Virus record (IMG/VR): IMGVR_UViG_3300021431_000003
Location: 32,001-96,000 of that record
Reading direction: 5' to 3' (one strand)
From: a virus
Lineage: Duplodnaviria > Caudoviricetes
Length of the DNA: 64,000 nucleotides
Under the pieces are notes generated by a model, which saw only the letters and a list, made by a program, of their open reading frames with translations, had not been told where the DNA came from and searched no databases. Below are positions 48,301 to 55,540 of this stretch, piece after piece (within the stretch, counting starts at the first letter, position 1; the number at the start of each line of letters is the position of its first letter). The translations under genes were made by a program, and so were the position numbers.

Positions 48301-50218
48301 AATATGCTCTGATAGTATTAAGACTGCTTCCCATACTTCTAAGATATTGATATAGTGTAACGCCATATTCGTCTTTAGCTCTTAAAAGAACCTGAGCAGT
48401 AGGCATTTCTTGAATATGTCTTTCATTCATATCACCCTTAGCATCTACATAGCTCTTACCATGATATGACTTAGCATCTCCAGTAATACCTTCCATAGCA
48501 GCGAGCATTGCAATACCGCCTTGCTCATTAAGCTGCTTAATGGCACTATTCTGACTTCTAAGAATTTCAAGTAGTTGTCCATCAACTGCAGATATATCTG
48601 GACCACTGAATCCTTTTCTCATCTTAAGTCTTCCATTATCATCTTTTACATAACGAAGACGTTCACTGTGTTGGAAAATCTTCTTCATAGATGTGTAGAT
48701 AGCTTTTTCTGCAGTGGTCAAATCAGATTCTCTAAGAGAACCAAAATCGCCTGCAGCTTGAAGCTTAAGAGCAAGAGATTGGACTGCTGTATTAGCTCTA
48801 TCATATTCTTCTTTAGTAGCATACATAGAGTCAAAACTTCTATTAGTACCAGCTTGAATAGTGCCCTTGATAAGAGATTCTGTACCACGTTGAGCAGATG
48901 TAGTGATACTATCATATGCCTTCTTAGCAGATTTCATACTAGTCCATCTACCAGTAGTGTAATCAAATATCATTTCTTCGCCACCTGTCATAGCAGATGT
49001 CATTTTACGAAGATAATAAGGGATTACATCTATAATAGCCTTCTTAGTAATACCATCAAAAGGAATAGCACCCTTTACATATTTATTAGGGTCTACAGAT
49101 TCATTAGAACCAGTCTTAATTCCAAGAATCTTACCTAATAGACCAGCTAAACCAGCATCTTCTTTCTTTGCTGCAGCATTAGCTTTAGCAATAAGAGAAG
49201 GAACAAGATTTTCAAGAGTCTTATTAAGAGCCTTTGCTGCTTGGTCAAATCCTTTACCAAGTGCTTTATTAACAGCAGCCTTAGATAATTCTCTACCAGG
49301 GTTAGCAAGCATTGTAGCAAGTAAGTTAGCACCTTCAATGCCACCATCGCCAAATAACATATTGAGACCTGGGATAGCCTGCATTAATTCATTACTAGCA
49401 TTTCTTCCTATATACTTACCATATTCTCTAAGATTAATTACACCACCTCTACCGATGATATCATCATATCCTATCTTTTTTTTCTTATTAGGATCTTCAA
49501 TTTGTTTAGCATATAAATTACGCTGCATTTCGAGTAACTCATCCATCTGTTTAGTGAGTTTAGCAACGTTATTATCTACATTAGCCATAAACTTGTTGAG
49601 ATTTTCATTCATCTGGTTCTGTACTTTTGCAGTCTGCTCTGCATTCTGTTTTAAGAAACCAGTGATGTTTTGTAATCCACCATCAAGTTTATTTATAAGA
49701 CGTTCATTTTGAGTATACAGTAGCATTGTATTCTCTTTAGAAACATCCATCTGAGCTTTGCCAGTTTTGACGATAGCTTCTGTAGTAATAGCGGTCTGTA
49801 ACTTACTGTTCTTTTTAACAGCAGTAGCAATAACCTTATCACCATCAGTAACATCTTCATTACCGAAATCAAAGTCATCATCATCGATGTCCATACCTTG
49901 CATTAGGTTACCGCCATATTTATTCATAACTTCCAGCTCTTTATTCTTAGCATAGAAGTCACCAGTAGTAACACTATATACAATAGAATCAAAGCCAACT
50001 CTAGCAGCATCCATTACTTTATTATCAGTAATAGTCTTCTTAATTCTAGCATAAGTAGTTCTATAATCTTTAATAGAATGATATGCTTCTTTAAAGACTT
50101 CTTGATTCTCATTCTTAAAGTCTTTAACATAGGTAAACTTCTCAGACAATACATCTGCAGTAGTATAAGCAACCGATTTGCCTAAGTTAGCAAGATACTT
50201 TTGAACCTTAATAGACAT
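36338..50218 (-). CDS. Giant tape-measure/tail-associated lysin protein with C-terminal C39-like peptidase, phage-tail lysozyme and NlpC/P60-like domains
   Basis: 4626 aa, helical, with Gly/Ala-rich hydrophobic repeats and MAAGG; SGCGPASAASV...HYVV...VEDS; GAIGNWVQEC...GLMQWT...AVNFERGLE; PDCSG...GDI...GHTDM. Confidence 0.85.
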   Translation of the reverse strand: MSIKVQKYLANLGKSVAYTTADVLSEKFTYVKDFKNENQEVFKEAYHSIKDYRTTYARIKKTITDNKVMDAARVGFDSIVYSVTTGDFYAKNKELEVMNKYGGNLMQGMDIDDDDFDFGNEDVTDGDKVIATAVKKNSKLQTAITTEAIVKTGKAQMDVSKENTMLLYTQNERLINKLDGGLQNITGFLKQNAEQTAKVQNQMNENLNKFMANVDNNVAKLTKQMDELLEMQRNLYAKQIEDPNKKKKIGYDDIIGRGGVINLREYGKYIGRNASNELMQAIPGLNMLFGDGGIEGANLLATMLANPGRELSKAAVNKALGKGFDQAAKALNKTLENLVPSLIAKANAAAKKEDAGLAGLLGKILGIKTGSNESVDPNKYVKGAIPFDGITKKAIIDVIPYYLRKMTSAMTGGEEMIFDYTTGRWTSMKSAKKAYDSITTSAQRGTESLIKGTIQAGTNRSFDSMYATKEEYDRANTAVQSLALKLQAAGDFGSLRESDLTTAEKAIYTSMKKIFQHSERLRYVKDDNGRLKMRKGFSGPDISAVDGQLLEILRSQNSAIKQLNEQGGIAMLAAMEGITGDAKSYHGKSYVDAKGDMNERHIQEMPTAQVLLRAKDEYGVTLYQYLRSMGSSLNTIRAYSSYLRNLSIFNVNNSGPNPPSPINFNDILYENGAIVKYNGTTDEKYTSRYYEQLERKAKEKAKESFESNIKRVEEQARRKGKSVSFITDSYNYQSEGDQIGISRLVSDYYGEGAQYESEFKLNQQREDAKKEKEKWKKMEELIGKENTDKLKRATDKYDKDKGLMENLSKATGTTEKLAIAAKWFTQKTNFAVMDKVTGTIVKTDAWLRNLIYGEDLKADDQKKSLWQLMKEHTQKFFKKVQEQIGELLSPVKDYYNEKIKPHVDKIKNKIFGDVDSEGNILEEGLLSHFTAGFRKGMAKNADDVHAMWKKEIDEAKRLAGKITNPESSSSNPSPSPTPSLTSAQKRALRRAEIASKASTDVYDYNQHISANAMDRLNYIRTHSNEGQNISVRTSEEANVRKQAAIIKAEAEVIRLRNQLAGQAPLFASNPGLENDLRTKLEKAERKLASIKASTINVRGMAAGGVNRTGRPFQSVLSAGEYLNGSKIGQTGIYTIPKGGVVYNPAPTSVRNLQSRNEKNFIRGLRYNAEANDGLTAEELAQHQQLDAEAKERIQQVDINKLTDWTTLEDDKQRAAFLGNMASRGVLGGVAGLLVGGPLLGAAVGAASTLTKSTGSFASFLFGDVEKDKKTGEIIVDSNGNPKRKDTGLISKELQKAAPDMAKGGMAGMAAGLLTPLGPLGGLLIGTGLGFAKNSEIFQGSLFGEGGIFSDKNVDKLKKGAKNMGIGAATAALFLPGPFGLVGSALIGATAGYVTSTDKFKDFLLGEEGENGKRRGGVRGALNDNIVKPLKGFGQTIIDKTMDEIFGKKNGDGEDAKREGGLFGAIRDNIITPMTSGAQSIFKELTNTIVDIKDFTLDIFKKIRANAAGNNFLGGVFEKAGKIGSGAIGIAGRLGRVATKPFRLLGDEGIGGRLKANRIRRGRADDMTARQRLAARGKLKMAKTDQWSAIDEKLADYTSGDIESLLNILSYDENSGEIDNFVNSSYDVLGQELRNNLDRKDAKRIIKMLKEGRDKDVERFLNTRNIDNATKKSVMKELRLHRDKMNKASKDYKDIERSKMTVQQYLLSKGINVDLRDKKAVRNLKLMANRELAHKGVGLTDEEVAFEAEKAFWKGKDSPLETVNTAAKRMEEILENIHYDLTIGNGYDKLSKEEQAKYGSKEAYIKSVKDSRSQKAIKENAANGGYVIGKNDKIGSINKDSIKAGDFISNDLWNDYIPMLTGDLKGYLAPDTRMANVLNNEINELIDTACQMFDGLALKELCVPERIRDDIQTYKQKIMNKEKCSEEEAVKKIKVMKRKILIYRGETPYNFEMYYKVDGYNVIPGKGQPVSYDAAKRQFIEDYLADHRPKTIEDSYMSFGDMIAKSLKLGVYMNPIVMPDLPKFTGIHSLFVKDAIRTHGKSIISGAIKGVKKIGFNVGLALSDHKIDDNSLIQRLNNYQYQQEAEKEWNKEVASYQSALEALRSANTASEEVQNKLKEELADKFEFLDAITKRCNLGVSRFSACTKDEQKQVHDEFVNMYIQAKKENQVFGRGIIGGIKQIGKRLVRSKLGQTIKLIKGTGNILFNDNAEGTKEERMKKVRENLKRKAEYAWSRLFIIDSNNKDAKPEAGPELQKLVKELYAGKNGHENNVLWKDLTEKEQEAIHAVFVERFIDGRYQKLMNSISDNIRNGVQSKLQGVRDKINNGIRTAAAKVSDWANDTKEKIKKKASDAKRDKVISLAIKNKDERLDELSLELYGKKYNELDAKEQNKVNGRFYARYGYGKASLTETFMRGAIKKVVGSDRYKSVTGTLKSGIRNAVAGKLDAVRAWKEKNQEQDTFIGRFFDRMDARQLRKDKENFEGKKDSKIGKIIKWLFVGGVFVPLIVGFIKEDILPAIREKVKPWLAKAKDKIFGVKNKTTGEYEGGIISGIVNPIRKFFKSKFEKVHNWIHNEGEYAAPDRGLSGFWNSLAKVGAHIVELWKTGFVTVYGDFVPKVLYGIGKNLIPMVWTVVKNVGQGLVDYAKDVFKGRQGALEIQIPDTSPGEQVNVQATSIDVPNTVGGNVQLTSPGYSANINFPSEAISKNGNKISGNKNEDGTSTYTNESTGKQVTSKISGDYYYIGTNASGQQIFKDSKTNKAYTLDSNGGYIPLSEYNELADESLSENAAYQQQVALENANALDADYVGRSSESKMAGLVGRLAARAGNMGVLNGAKGIKAMTGATKILGLPFKALKKIPFTPTKIVGRLGEGVTNIAEKATKPIAAIHGVAMNAVGKVGDKITNGAFSKIGQVLIDRETAAAAKIAEKNALKAAKAEADAAKAAAKKAWKADKLAEKIASGDANFFEKAIDFIKKSVGKMKEKIAKVLKNEKIAKLFGKGINENADEIAEKVAKGTGDVIGDSVDDIAKQGSTAAAKGAASVLSIVMMVADFLLGVDNCRNLLGIVTPKPSFVERLTGGIINIIPDVIMTLAEAVTGASFGGAAAVGAVLAALSIIATLIISIDSIRDALVGMIINVLDLIPGIDMSKIKEERAQAKAAVEAYNTKNNTNLSIEDYNNLIGNKTITTKIGDGAKDVWSAMFGYDSASKSVILEKTANLESKGKSDKVRKKLSTIFSSIWQYFGEKDFNYSDQYDEDGNELKGKEKLNANKFKFNEVGTQVISNLNAILVAEDESVIKEVASNVTNFTGPWDASHHLKDVYNSGKDDPNSQFDVDEEHSDWKLIRAMAGVCAIINEIFEPCGKKAEITKAVLDAMMPAYFTTNEMSKIQIEGVDTSKYSVDMSKYDEKSVLDAATSYDGIDKYGVATNANANDKLSPLTGSLDPLMKGLERGFGWLKNTNPLERVGIYFGNLINNSIKSLTGGFEGIEEFFKSLASKNSSINRGIDELSILPTSKNYWKIELDKKNPFMSGLFNFVESMNRVVKAPFSLATASLAAGMNAVQSKSNTSSTATMINNTGSSSNGTTTFSSSGTNNATASNGGVLSGLWQGIKNTASKIMSGVKGFFGLGRDKDNSNDSGYGSDPYHIYQRAYSGSYRTAGDSESQTIADSGCGPASAASVLRMYGKNGDMRNAVNYALNNKYKEVNGGTYPEYFNSYLNKNGIKTNSNANNADVINSLAQGKPVILMGRDSQNSGRTPYGSKYSHYVVARGLDKNGNVIVEDSEDRRGSTRYSLADTLQNSTVRITTGRGKNNESLANKYISSVSAVTNSTISSMIYNAAKSLGVNFSSSSNNTTNNNDSTGVNVRGDAKAAIGKSYTATLEGESVTLTMDEGGAEIYSFLVNECGCSTAAACGAIGNWVQECGGGTIENIKPVALKGYIAEGGGLMQWTLPWNDHPAWARAHGFSDWEWTGQLAHVKEELTDGSNWSKNRIKKAASQIRSMGFNVANTVDEYKKLTKPDEAAVNFERGLEGSADFWGSVAASEAYKNIKYKHLYCFKRRLFALAVYGLVTGQSSSGSGRGVNEDKLSITGRAKDPINFANSGEIERQEKLAEIGQDNLWTAGVPVDNTTQNTNTNDKIIDSNKFISIDKLKSISETTKEDTTATDSTTSTSTDNNKGVATGLIGLLGEYTRRATKDIFGNFYDALYGTETNNNTTPSDTTAAYNGNDIIYAAAMVFEALYNADPDLTYDCNCVKYNDLVCRDGTVLEHERPDCSGMMSAVIHYMGYYTSRWNAEKNYSDTYHGEGFGTQNWNNASSNTCIYDKDGNLSSDWEVLKFDPNDVQPGDIRFHSGHGHTDMYVFTNSKGTRFGFNAGSGDAGGSIGNGMYNSYCLAKYYLDNNNQLPNPDSCHGNRGEPGAWTIQDNECKLVLRYKGSGNGRFGRGSARNGKTDLAKLNRIPISKRKITDSNTIPNIVTRDVNRDLITGAYRTGYGRGTGPLKSLDDIRSSRVVRSSNNTNAHNNTIVSPHTGKGSIMGADNNTYTQYGGDNLANIIRLAAIIADNSNKIDDILAVLATIAVNTENTTTAIDNSNNKKIPNGSKNGLSALRTALNNNNSGEDIINAIYQIAKS

Positions 50219-50301
50219 ACGATTCCTCCTTTCAAGCTTAGTTTATGTATATGTTGAGCAGCTTAAAAATATAGGAGGGTGACGAATCACCCTCCAATTT
50301 A

Positions 50302-52401
50302 TTAAAGTCTTAAGATATTAGTATAATTGATTGCATCTTTTTCTCTTCTGTCGATACCTACAGCTTCACACGGGAATTGTCTGATATTGTCATTGACGAT
50401 AGAAGTATAATCAATATAATCCTTAACCCACTCAGGAACTTCCATATCATCTAAGATTGCTATACCAGTAATACCCTTAGTAAATTCTTTTTTCTGCATA
50501 AGAGTTACAGCTTTTTCATATACATTAGGATATTTTTCTTTAAGATCTTCTACATTCTTTTTATTAATATCAATCTTAATAAGAAGAACACTATTTCTGG
50601 TACTTAAATCTATAGGTGTAGTATTATCATCTCTAAGTTCATTATAAACTACAGATGCCTTAACACCAGATTCTCTTAATGGATTTTCATAAGCAGCTAC
50701 AGCTTTAATACGTTCTGGCTTAAAGTATTCTTTATTACCACTACGAATAGAATCAATAATTTGCTTTTCAAGAATTGCAAGTTGTTTAACAATTTCTACC
50801 TGAGAAATCTGCCCTGGATTGTCAAGAATCTGTTCCATAAGAATTCTTTGAAGTGCTGCTTTAGTAGAATCCGCAGTTCCTGATTTCTTGATACTTAATC
50901 CAGTAATTGCAAGTGCCTTTTCACGTGGAATAATACTAGATTCTTGACGTTCTTGATATGCACAATAATTCTTTTTTCCATCTGTAATCAAAGCACGCTT
51001 AAGCTGGAATTCATTCTTAAGAATAAAGAAGCTCTTACGCTTAGAACCATCATGACAAGTTGTGCTATTACTATTATCAGAATACTTACCCATATAATCA
51101 ATAGCAAGTTTTCCCATGATACTAGCTAAGATATTAATAATAGAACAACGGAATCCTACCTGAGGTGTAATTACATCTGGGCGTACATAATCCTGCATTT
51201 CAATAACTTCATCTTTATAGAAGTCATAGTCGTATCTTGTTTCAAATGCTGGTTTAACTTCTGCAGTCTTTTCATCAATCTCAATCTCTTTAATCTTCAT
51301 AGGAATATTAAATGTCTTATCGAGAATATAACGATACCAACCATCGAAACTAATAAAACAGCTATCTGTATCTGTTAGCATAGATACACAACGATACATA
51401 TTTTCTGTTCTATCAATTCTATCCATATACTGCTTATCATAATATACCCATTCATAAATCATCTGATAGAGTTCATCCATCATATCCTTAACTTCCTGAG
51501 GCGGTTTATTCGGGTCGATAAACGGCACATCAAGTGTAGAAAGAATCTGAATAATCTTATTCATAACTACTGTATTATCTACAAACCAGAACAGATTATT
51601 CTTATAGAACAACTTATTCAGTTCATGCTGAGTACAACGATTCAAGATATCCCAAATCAAAGTCATTTCTTTTTCAGTAGGAATCCAATAGAAACCACTA
51701 CTATAAAGAATCTTAAAGAATACTTCTTCTACATTCGGTACTTTATCTCTATCAATAATAAAGTCGTCTGGATACATACCAATAGGTTCTCTTCTTACAT
51801 TATTGATAAAAGTGATTACTTCATTAAGACTACTGAACTTAACATTATTTGCCATTGTAGCTTCAAATAACATAATTGCTGCAGCAATACAACTTCTACC
51901 CTGCATTGTAATAGACTGTGCTACATAAAGATTATAGAAGATTGAAGTATGATTACCAGATGCACCATACATTGCATTACCTGATACTTTTTCTGATGCT
52001 TGTAAGATATTATATTTCTCAAAGTTCTCACTACCCTTAGGATACATAAACATTTGATCTTTATAATATCCTCTTTGTTTGAGAAACTCCTGAATAAGCA
52101 TTACAAATGGATTAGGAACAGAACCATGCTTTTTAAACATAACACCACTTACTGTGATGATAGGTTCTCTACTCATAATATAATCTGTTACTTGCCATAA
52201 AGTAGTCTGTTCTTTCACTTTGGTATAATTGTTATCTAATACAGCAGGTGTATCATTACCTCGCTTCATAATAGAATAATCAATCGCTTCTACAAGTTCA
52301 TGTTCATATAAACCTGGAAAAGTTAATCTAAGTGCTTCAAGCACTTCCTGTCTATAAATGTCTGCAGTTCTAGACTGCACAATCTGTGTAATATCTTTCA
52401 T
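50302..52401 (-). CDS. Family B DNA polymerase, catalytic subunit of a split enzyme
   Basis: EKVSGNAMYG (motif B), TDTDS (motif C) and KKNY; lacks the exonuclease domain and DxxSLYPS motif A; start ATG 52401 after AAAGGAG; promoter 52465-52477. Confidence 0.88.
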   Translation of the reverse strand: MKDITQIVQSRTADIYRQEVLEALRLTFPGLYEHELVEAIDYSIMKRGNDTPAVLDNNYTKVKEQTTLWQVTDYIMSREPIITVSGVMFKKHGSVPNPFVMLIQEFLKQRGYYKDQMFMYPKGSENFEKYNILQASEKVSGNAMYGASGNHTSIFYNLYVAQSITMQGRSCIAAAIMLFEATMANNVKFSSLNEVITFINNVRREPIGMYPDDFIIDRDKVPNVEEVFFKILYSSGFYWIPTEKEMTLIWDILNRCTQHELNKLFYKNNLFWFVDNTVVMNKIIQILSTLDVPFIDPNKPPQEVKDMMDELYQMIYEWVYYDKQYMDRIDRTENMYRCVSMLTDTDSCFISFDGWYRYILDKTFNIPMKIKEIEIDEKTAEVKPAFETRYDYDFYKDEVIEMQDYVRPDVITPQVGFRCSIINILASIMGKLAIDYMGKYSDNSNSTTCHDGSKRKSFFILKNEFQLKRALITDGKKNYCAYQERQESSIIPREKALAITGLSIKKSGTADSTKAALQRILMEQILDNPGQISQVEIVKQLAILEKQIIDSIRSGNKEYFKPERIKAVAAYENPLRESGVKASVVYNELRDDNTTPIDLSTRNSVLLIKIDINKKNVEDLKEKYPNVYEKAVTLMQKKEFTKGITGIAILDDMEVPEWVKDYIDYTSIVNDNIRQFPCEAVGIDRREKDAINYTNILRL

Positions 52402-52593
52402 AAAGATACTCCTTTCGATTATCAGCTTACCTATTATCATATGATTATGATTAATAGATATCTATTATAAATTTGTTATTCATGCTTTAAAAACAGAACA
52501 ATTATATAATGAAAGACCTAAGTGTATGATTACTCATATACAAATAAAATCTAATTGCAATTATATTTTATATTTTAAAAGGAGGATATTCTC

Positions 52594-53055
52594 ATGGGAC
52601 TTTATACAAATCCTAATACAATGGAAGCAGCTCATGAAGTTGAGATGGAACTCAATATGGATGAGCTTCTTGAAGCATTCTACTATGATGACCATTATTC
52701 TGATTCTGATGAAGAGAAGCGTGAACTTCTTGAATCTGCTGATACTCTTCTTGAAGCAAAGAAGATTTCTCGTAAAACAATTGTTCGTCTTAACAAGAAT
52801 GATGATCTGACTCGTCGTACTGGTATGGCAGCACTTCAGCTTGCTAAGGATAATAACGATGCTCTTTGGAAGAAGCTTGTTAAGAATCGTATCATGGAGC
52901 GTAAGCTTCTTGCTGCTATTAAGAAGAAGTATGCTAATAAGGCTCAGCTGGCTGCTCGTAAGGGACAGCGTGCATATGTTTCTGGTCAGGGTACTGTAGG
53001 TAACCAGAATGTTAAGAAGATGCAGCCTAAGGAAATGTCTAAGACAAGAAATTAA
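52594..53055 (+). CDS. Probable head-internal DNA-binding protein (acidic propeptide plus basic mature part)
   Basis: Late promoter 52497-52510; acidic N-terminus with LLEA/LLES/LLEA followed by a Lys/Arg-rich segment. Confidence 0.6.
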   Translation: MGLYTNPNTMEAAHEVEMELNMDELLEAFYYDDHYSDSDEEKRELLESADTLLEAKKISRKTIVRLNKNDDLTRRTGMAALQLAKDNNDALWKKLVKNRIMERKLLAAIKKKYANKAQLAARKGQRAYVSGQGTVGNQNVKKMQPKEMSKTRN

Positions 53056-53148
53056 TAACATAAAAATAATGGTATCGTATGAGTGACGATATCATTGTGT
53101 GCATATTTCGATTGTCATGATAACAATCGGTTCCTTTCTTTTTATAGG

Positions 53149-53184
53149 ATTGCGGGTGGTATTATCCATCCGCAATTTCTTTCT
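53149..53184 (+). terminator. Intrinsic terminator, preceded by two further hairpins
   Basis: ATTGCGGGTGG / CCATCCGCAAT followed by TTCTTTCT. Confidence 0.8.
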
Positions 53185-53266
53185 CATTGATATATTATTA
53201 TATTGATAGAATATGACATAGTCAAAAACTATCAAATAACAAATATATCTTGGAGGTAGTATATCT

Positions 53267-55480
53267 ATGACCAGTACAGTTTATGACTATGGTGTCTTTA
53301 CACCGTTAATTAATGGACAATCTGTTATTATCAATACAGCAGATATCACAAAAGAAACAATCGATGATTACCAGAACGATTTGAAAGACGTCTTTCTGGA
53401 TTATATCGAAAATCCTACAATCCAGAAAAATAAGGTTACATTTGTATTTGATAATGGTATGAGTGTTAACCTTCCGACAGCATATGCACTTATTAACATT
53501 ATCGCTTGGGGTTTCATTGTTAAGACAAATCAGACAATTAAACCTAAACACCTGTTCTTTAATAAGAAAGGTATCACTAATGCATATATCAAATCTTATA
53601 TTGATAAGTTTGCTATTATGCCTGTAAGAGATATGGTATCAGATGCTAATGATAGAATGATTATCCATAATCTCAATCGTACTATCTATGACAGTTTAAG
53701 GGACTTAAAGTTTGTAGATAAGTTTGCTTGGTACTTTAATAATAGTATCAATATGGAAGACTTTATTCTTATGTACTATTCATGCCCTGGATTTAAACAA
53801 ATTATGGATAGACATAATAATAACTACTATGCTCAATTTCCTCCCGAACAAATGAATCAAGAAGCATTAAACGATATGAATAAGCTTATCGAATATATCG
53901 TAGATGCTAAGAAATATATTGGACGTGACCATTGTCTATCTGATGCATTTAGAGCCAAAGAAGGTGTTAAACCTAAACAGGCTCGTGAGATGTATATTAA
54001 TATTGGTGTTAAGCCTAATGGTGAAGGTGGTATCTTCCCGTATGTAGTTAACACTTCATATATCTCTGGCGGTGCTAATAATGTAGCGTTCCACATTCTC
54101 GAATCTCTGATTGCACGTATTGCACAGAATCTTTCTAAGAAGAATACTTCTCGTTCAGGTCACTTCTCTAGAATTATGATTCTGAATTGTGCAGCAACAA
54201 GAAAATATACAGTACCATATTCTGATAAGATTGACCCTGGATATGATTGTGGTACTCGTAATTTTCTTGAGTATTATGTAGAAGATGAAACTGCTCTTAA
54301 GAAGATTGCAGATAGATGGTATCGTATTGACCCTATGGGAATCGAACATCGTCTTGGTAATGTATATAGAGTAGTAAAAGAGAATCAGGACCTTATTGGT
54401 AAGGTAATTTATCTACGTTCCCCGATTAAGTGCTTATCTGCAGCTCACGGTAGAGGTATCTGTAGAAAGTGTATGGGTGAACTGTATAATATCGTACCAG
54501 CTACTAATATTGGTGTATACAGTGTTACAAATCTTACTGAACGTCTTACTCAGATGATGCTGTCAGCTAAACATCTTCTTGAGGCAAAGATTGATAGTGT
54601 GACATTTGATACTTCTACTATGACGCCCGAGGAGATTTCTAAGTATATCCTTATTGATGAGGGTACAATCTTTATCAATCCTAATATTCCTGATATGAAG
54701 AAGTGGCATCTTATTATTAAAGATGGTGATATTCAGGAAGAGGTACTTGCATCTCTTGATGATGGAGATGATGATGATAACGATGACTTCAATATTGAAG
54801 ATACAATGAATTATATCAATGTATTCTATCTTAAGAAACAAGGTTCTAATGAAGTGATTACTATTAAGACATCTAATGTAGATAATCTGTATCTCACTGA
54901 TTGGCTTAATGATTATATTGAACTTAAGAATCTTGCTGATAATAACGAAGATATTGATATTCCTGTATCTGTACTTCTTGAAGATGTATCTCCATTGTTT
55001 AATGTAGGAATTCACAATGATGATATGTCTGAGCGTCTTGAGTCTGTTATTAAGGTTATCGACCTGAAGGCTAATACAGATTCTTATACTGCAGAGACAT
55101 TTCTTAAGGCTCTTTCTGATAGACTTAATAATATCGGACTTGACCATATTATGTCTGTTCATCTTGAGATTATCATTATGAATCAGATTAGAGATAAGAC
55201 TGACATTATCGAAATGCCTGATTGGAGTGTTCCTAATCAGCAGAATTATCAGATTTTGACACTGAAGAAAGCTGTAATGACACATCCTAGTATTACGATT
55301 GCAATGCAGTCTGAAAATATTGCTAGAATGTTGTATAATCCTCTCAGCTTTAGAAAGCACAAGCCATCTCCTTATGACTTAATGTATATGGTACAACCCC
55401 AGAAGTTTATTCATAACGACCCTGAGGTTAAGAATGATGGTACAGGTATGGATGCTCTGTTCAAGTATATGGGAGATTGA
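53267..55480 (+). CDS. Multisubunit RNA polymerase beta'-like C-terminal subunit (probably non-virion RNAP)
   Basis: Bridge helix KNTSRSGHFSR, DCGT, LRSPIKC...GICRKCMG zinc site and trigger loop NIGV...ERLTQMMLSAKH; early promoter at 53191. Confidence 0.92.
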   Translation: MTSTVYDYGVFTPLINGQSVIINTADITKETIDDYQNDLKDVFLDYIENPTIQKNKVTFVFDNGMSVNLPTAYALINIIAWGFIVKTNQTIKPKHLFFNKKGITNAYIKSYIDKFAIMPVRDMVSDANDRMIIHNLNRTIYDSLRDLKFVDKFAWYFNNSINMEDFILMYYSCPGFKQIMDRHNNNYYAQFPPEQMNQEALNDMNKLIEYIVDAKKYIGRDHCLSDAFRAKEGVKPKQAREMYINIGVKPNGEGGIFPYVVNTSYISGGANNVAFHILESLIARIAQNLSKKNTSRSGHFSRIMILNCAATRKYTVPYSDKIDPGYDCGTRNFLEYYVEDETALKKIADRWYRIDPMGIEHRLGNVYRVVKENQDLIGKVIYLRSPIKCLSAAHGRGICRKCMGELYNIVPATNIGVYSVTNLTERLTQMMLSAKHLLEAKIDSVTFDTSTMTPEEISKYILIDEGTIFINPNIPDMKKWHLIIKDGDIQEEVLASLDDGDDDDNDDFNIEDTMNYINVFYLKKQGSNEVITIKTSNVDNLYLTDWLNDYIELKNLADNNEDIDIPVSVLLEDVSPLFNVGIHNDDMSERLESVIKVIDLKANTDSYTAETFLKALSDRLNNIGLDHIMSVHLEIIIMNQIRDKTDIIEMPDWSVPNQQNYQILTLKKAVMTHPSITIAMQSENIARMLYNPLSFRKHKPSPYDLMYMVQPQKFIHNDPEVKNDGTGMDALFKYMGD

Positions 55481-55540
55481 TTAACATTGAATTAGAGCCT
55501 CACTGTATCGTGAGGCTCCTAATTTATGTGAGGTGATTAA

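Noticed and set aside
36372-49955. Many 60-234-aa ORFs antisense to or nested in the tape measure gene (and similarly in the capsid, RNAP and head genes)
   Set aside because: Shadow ORFs arising from codon bias, with no RBS, promoter or protein-like composition
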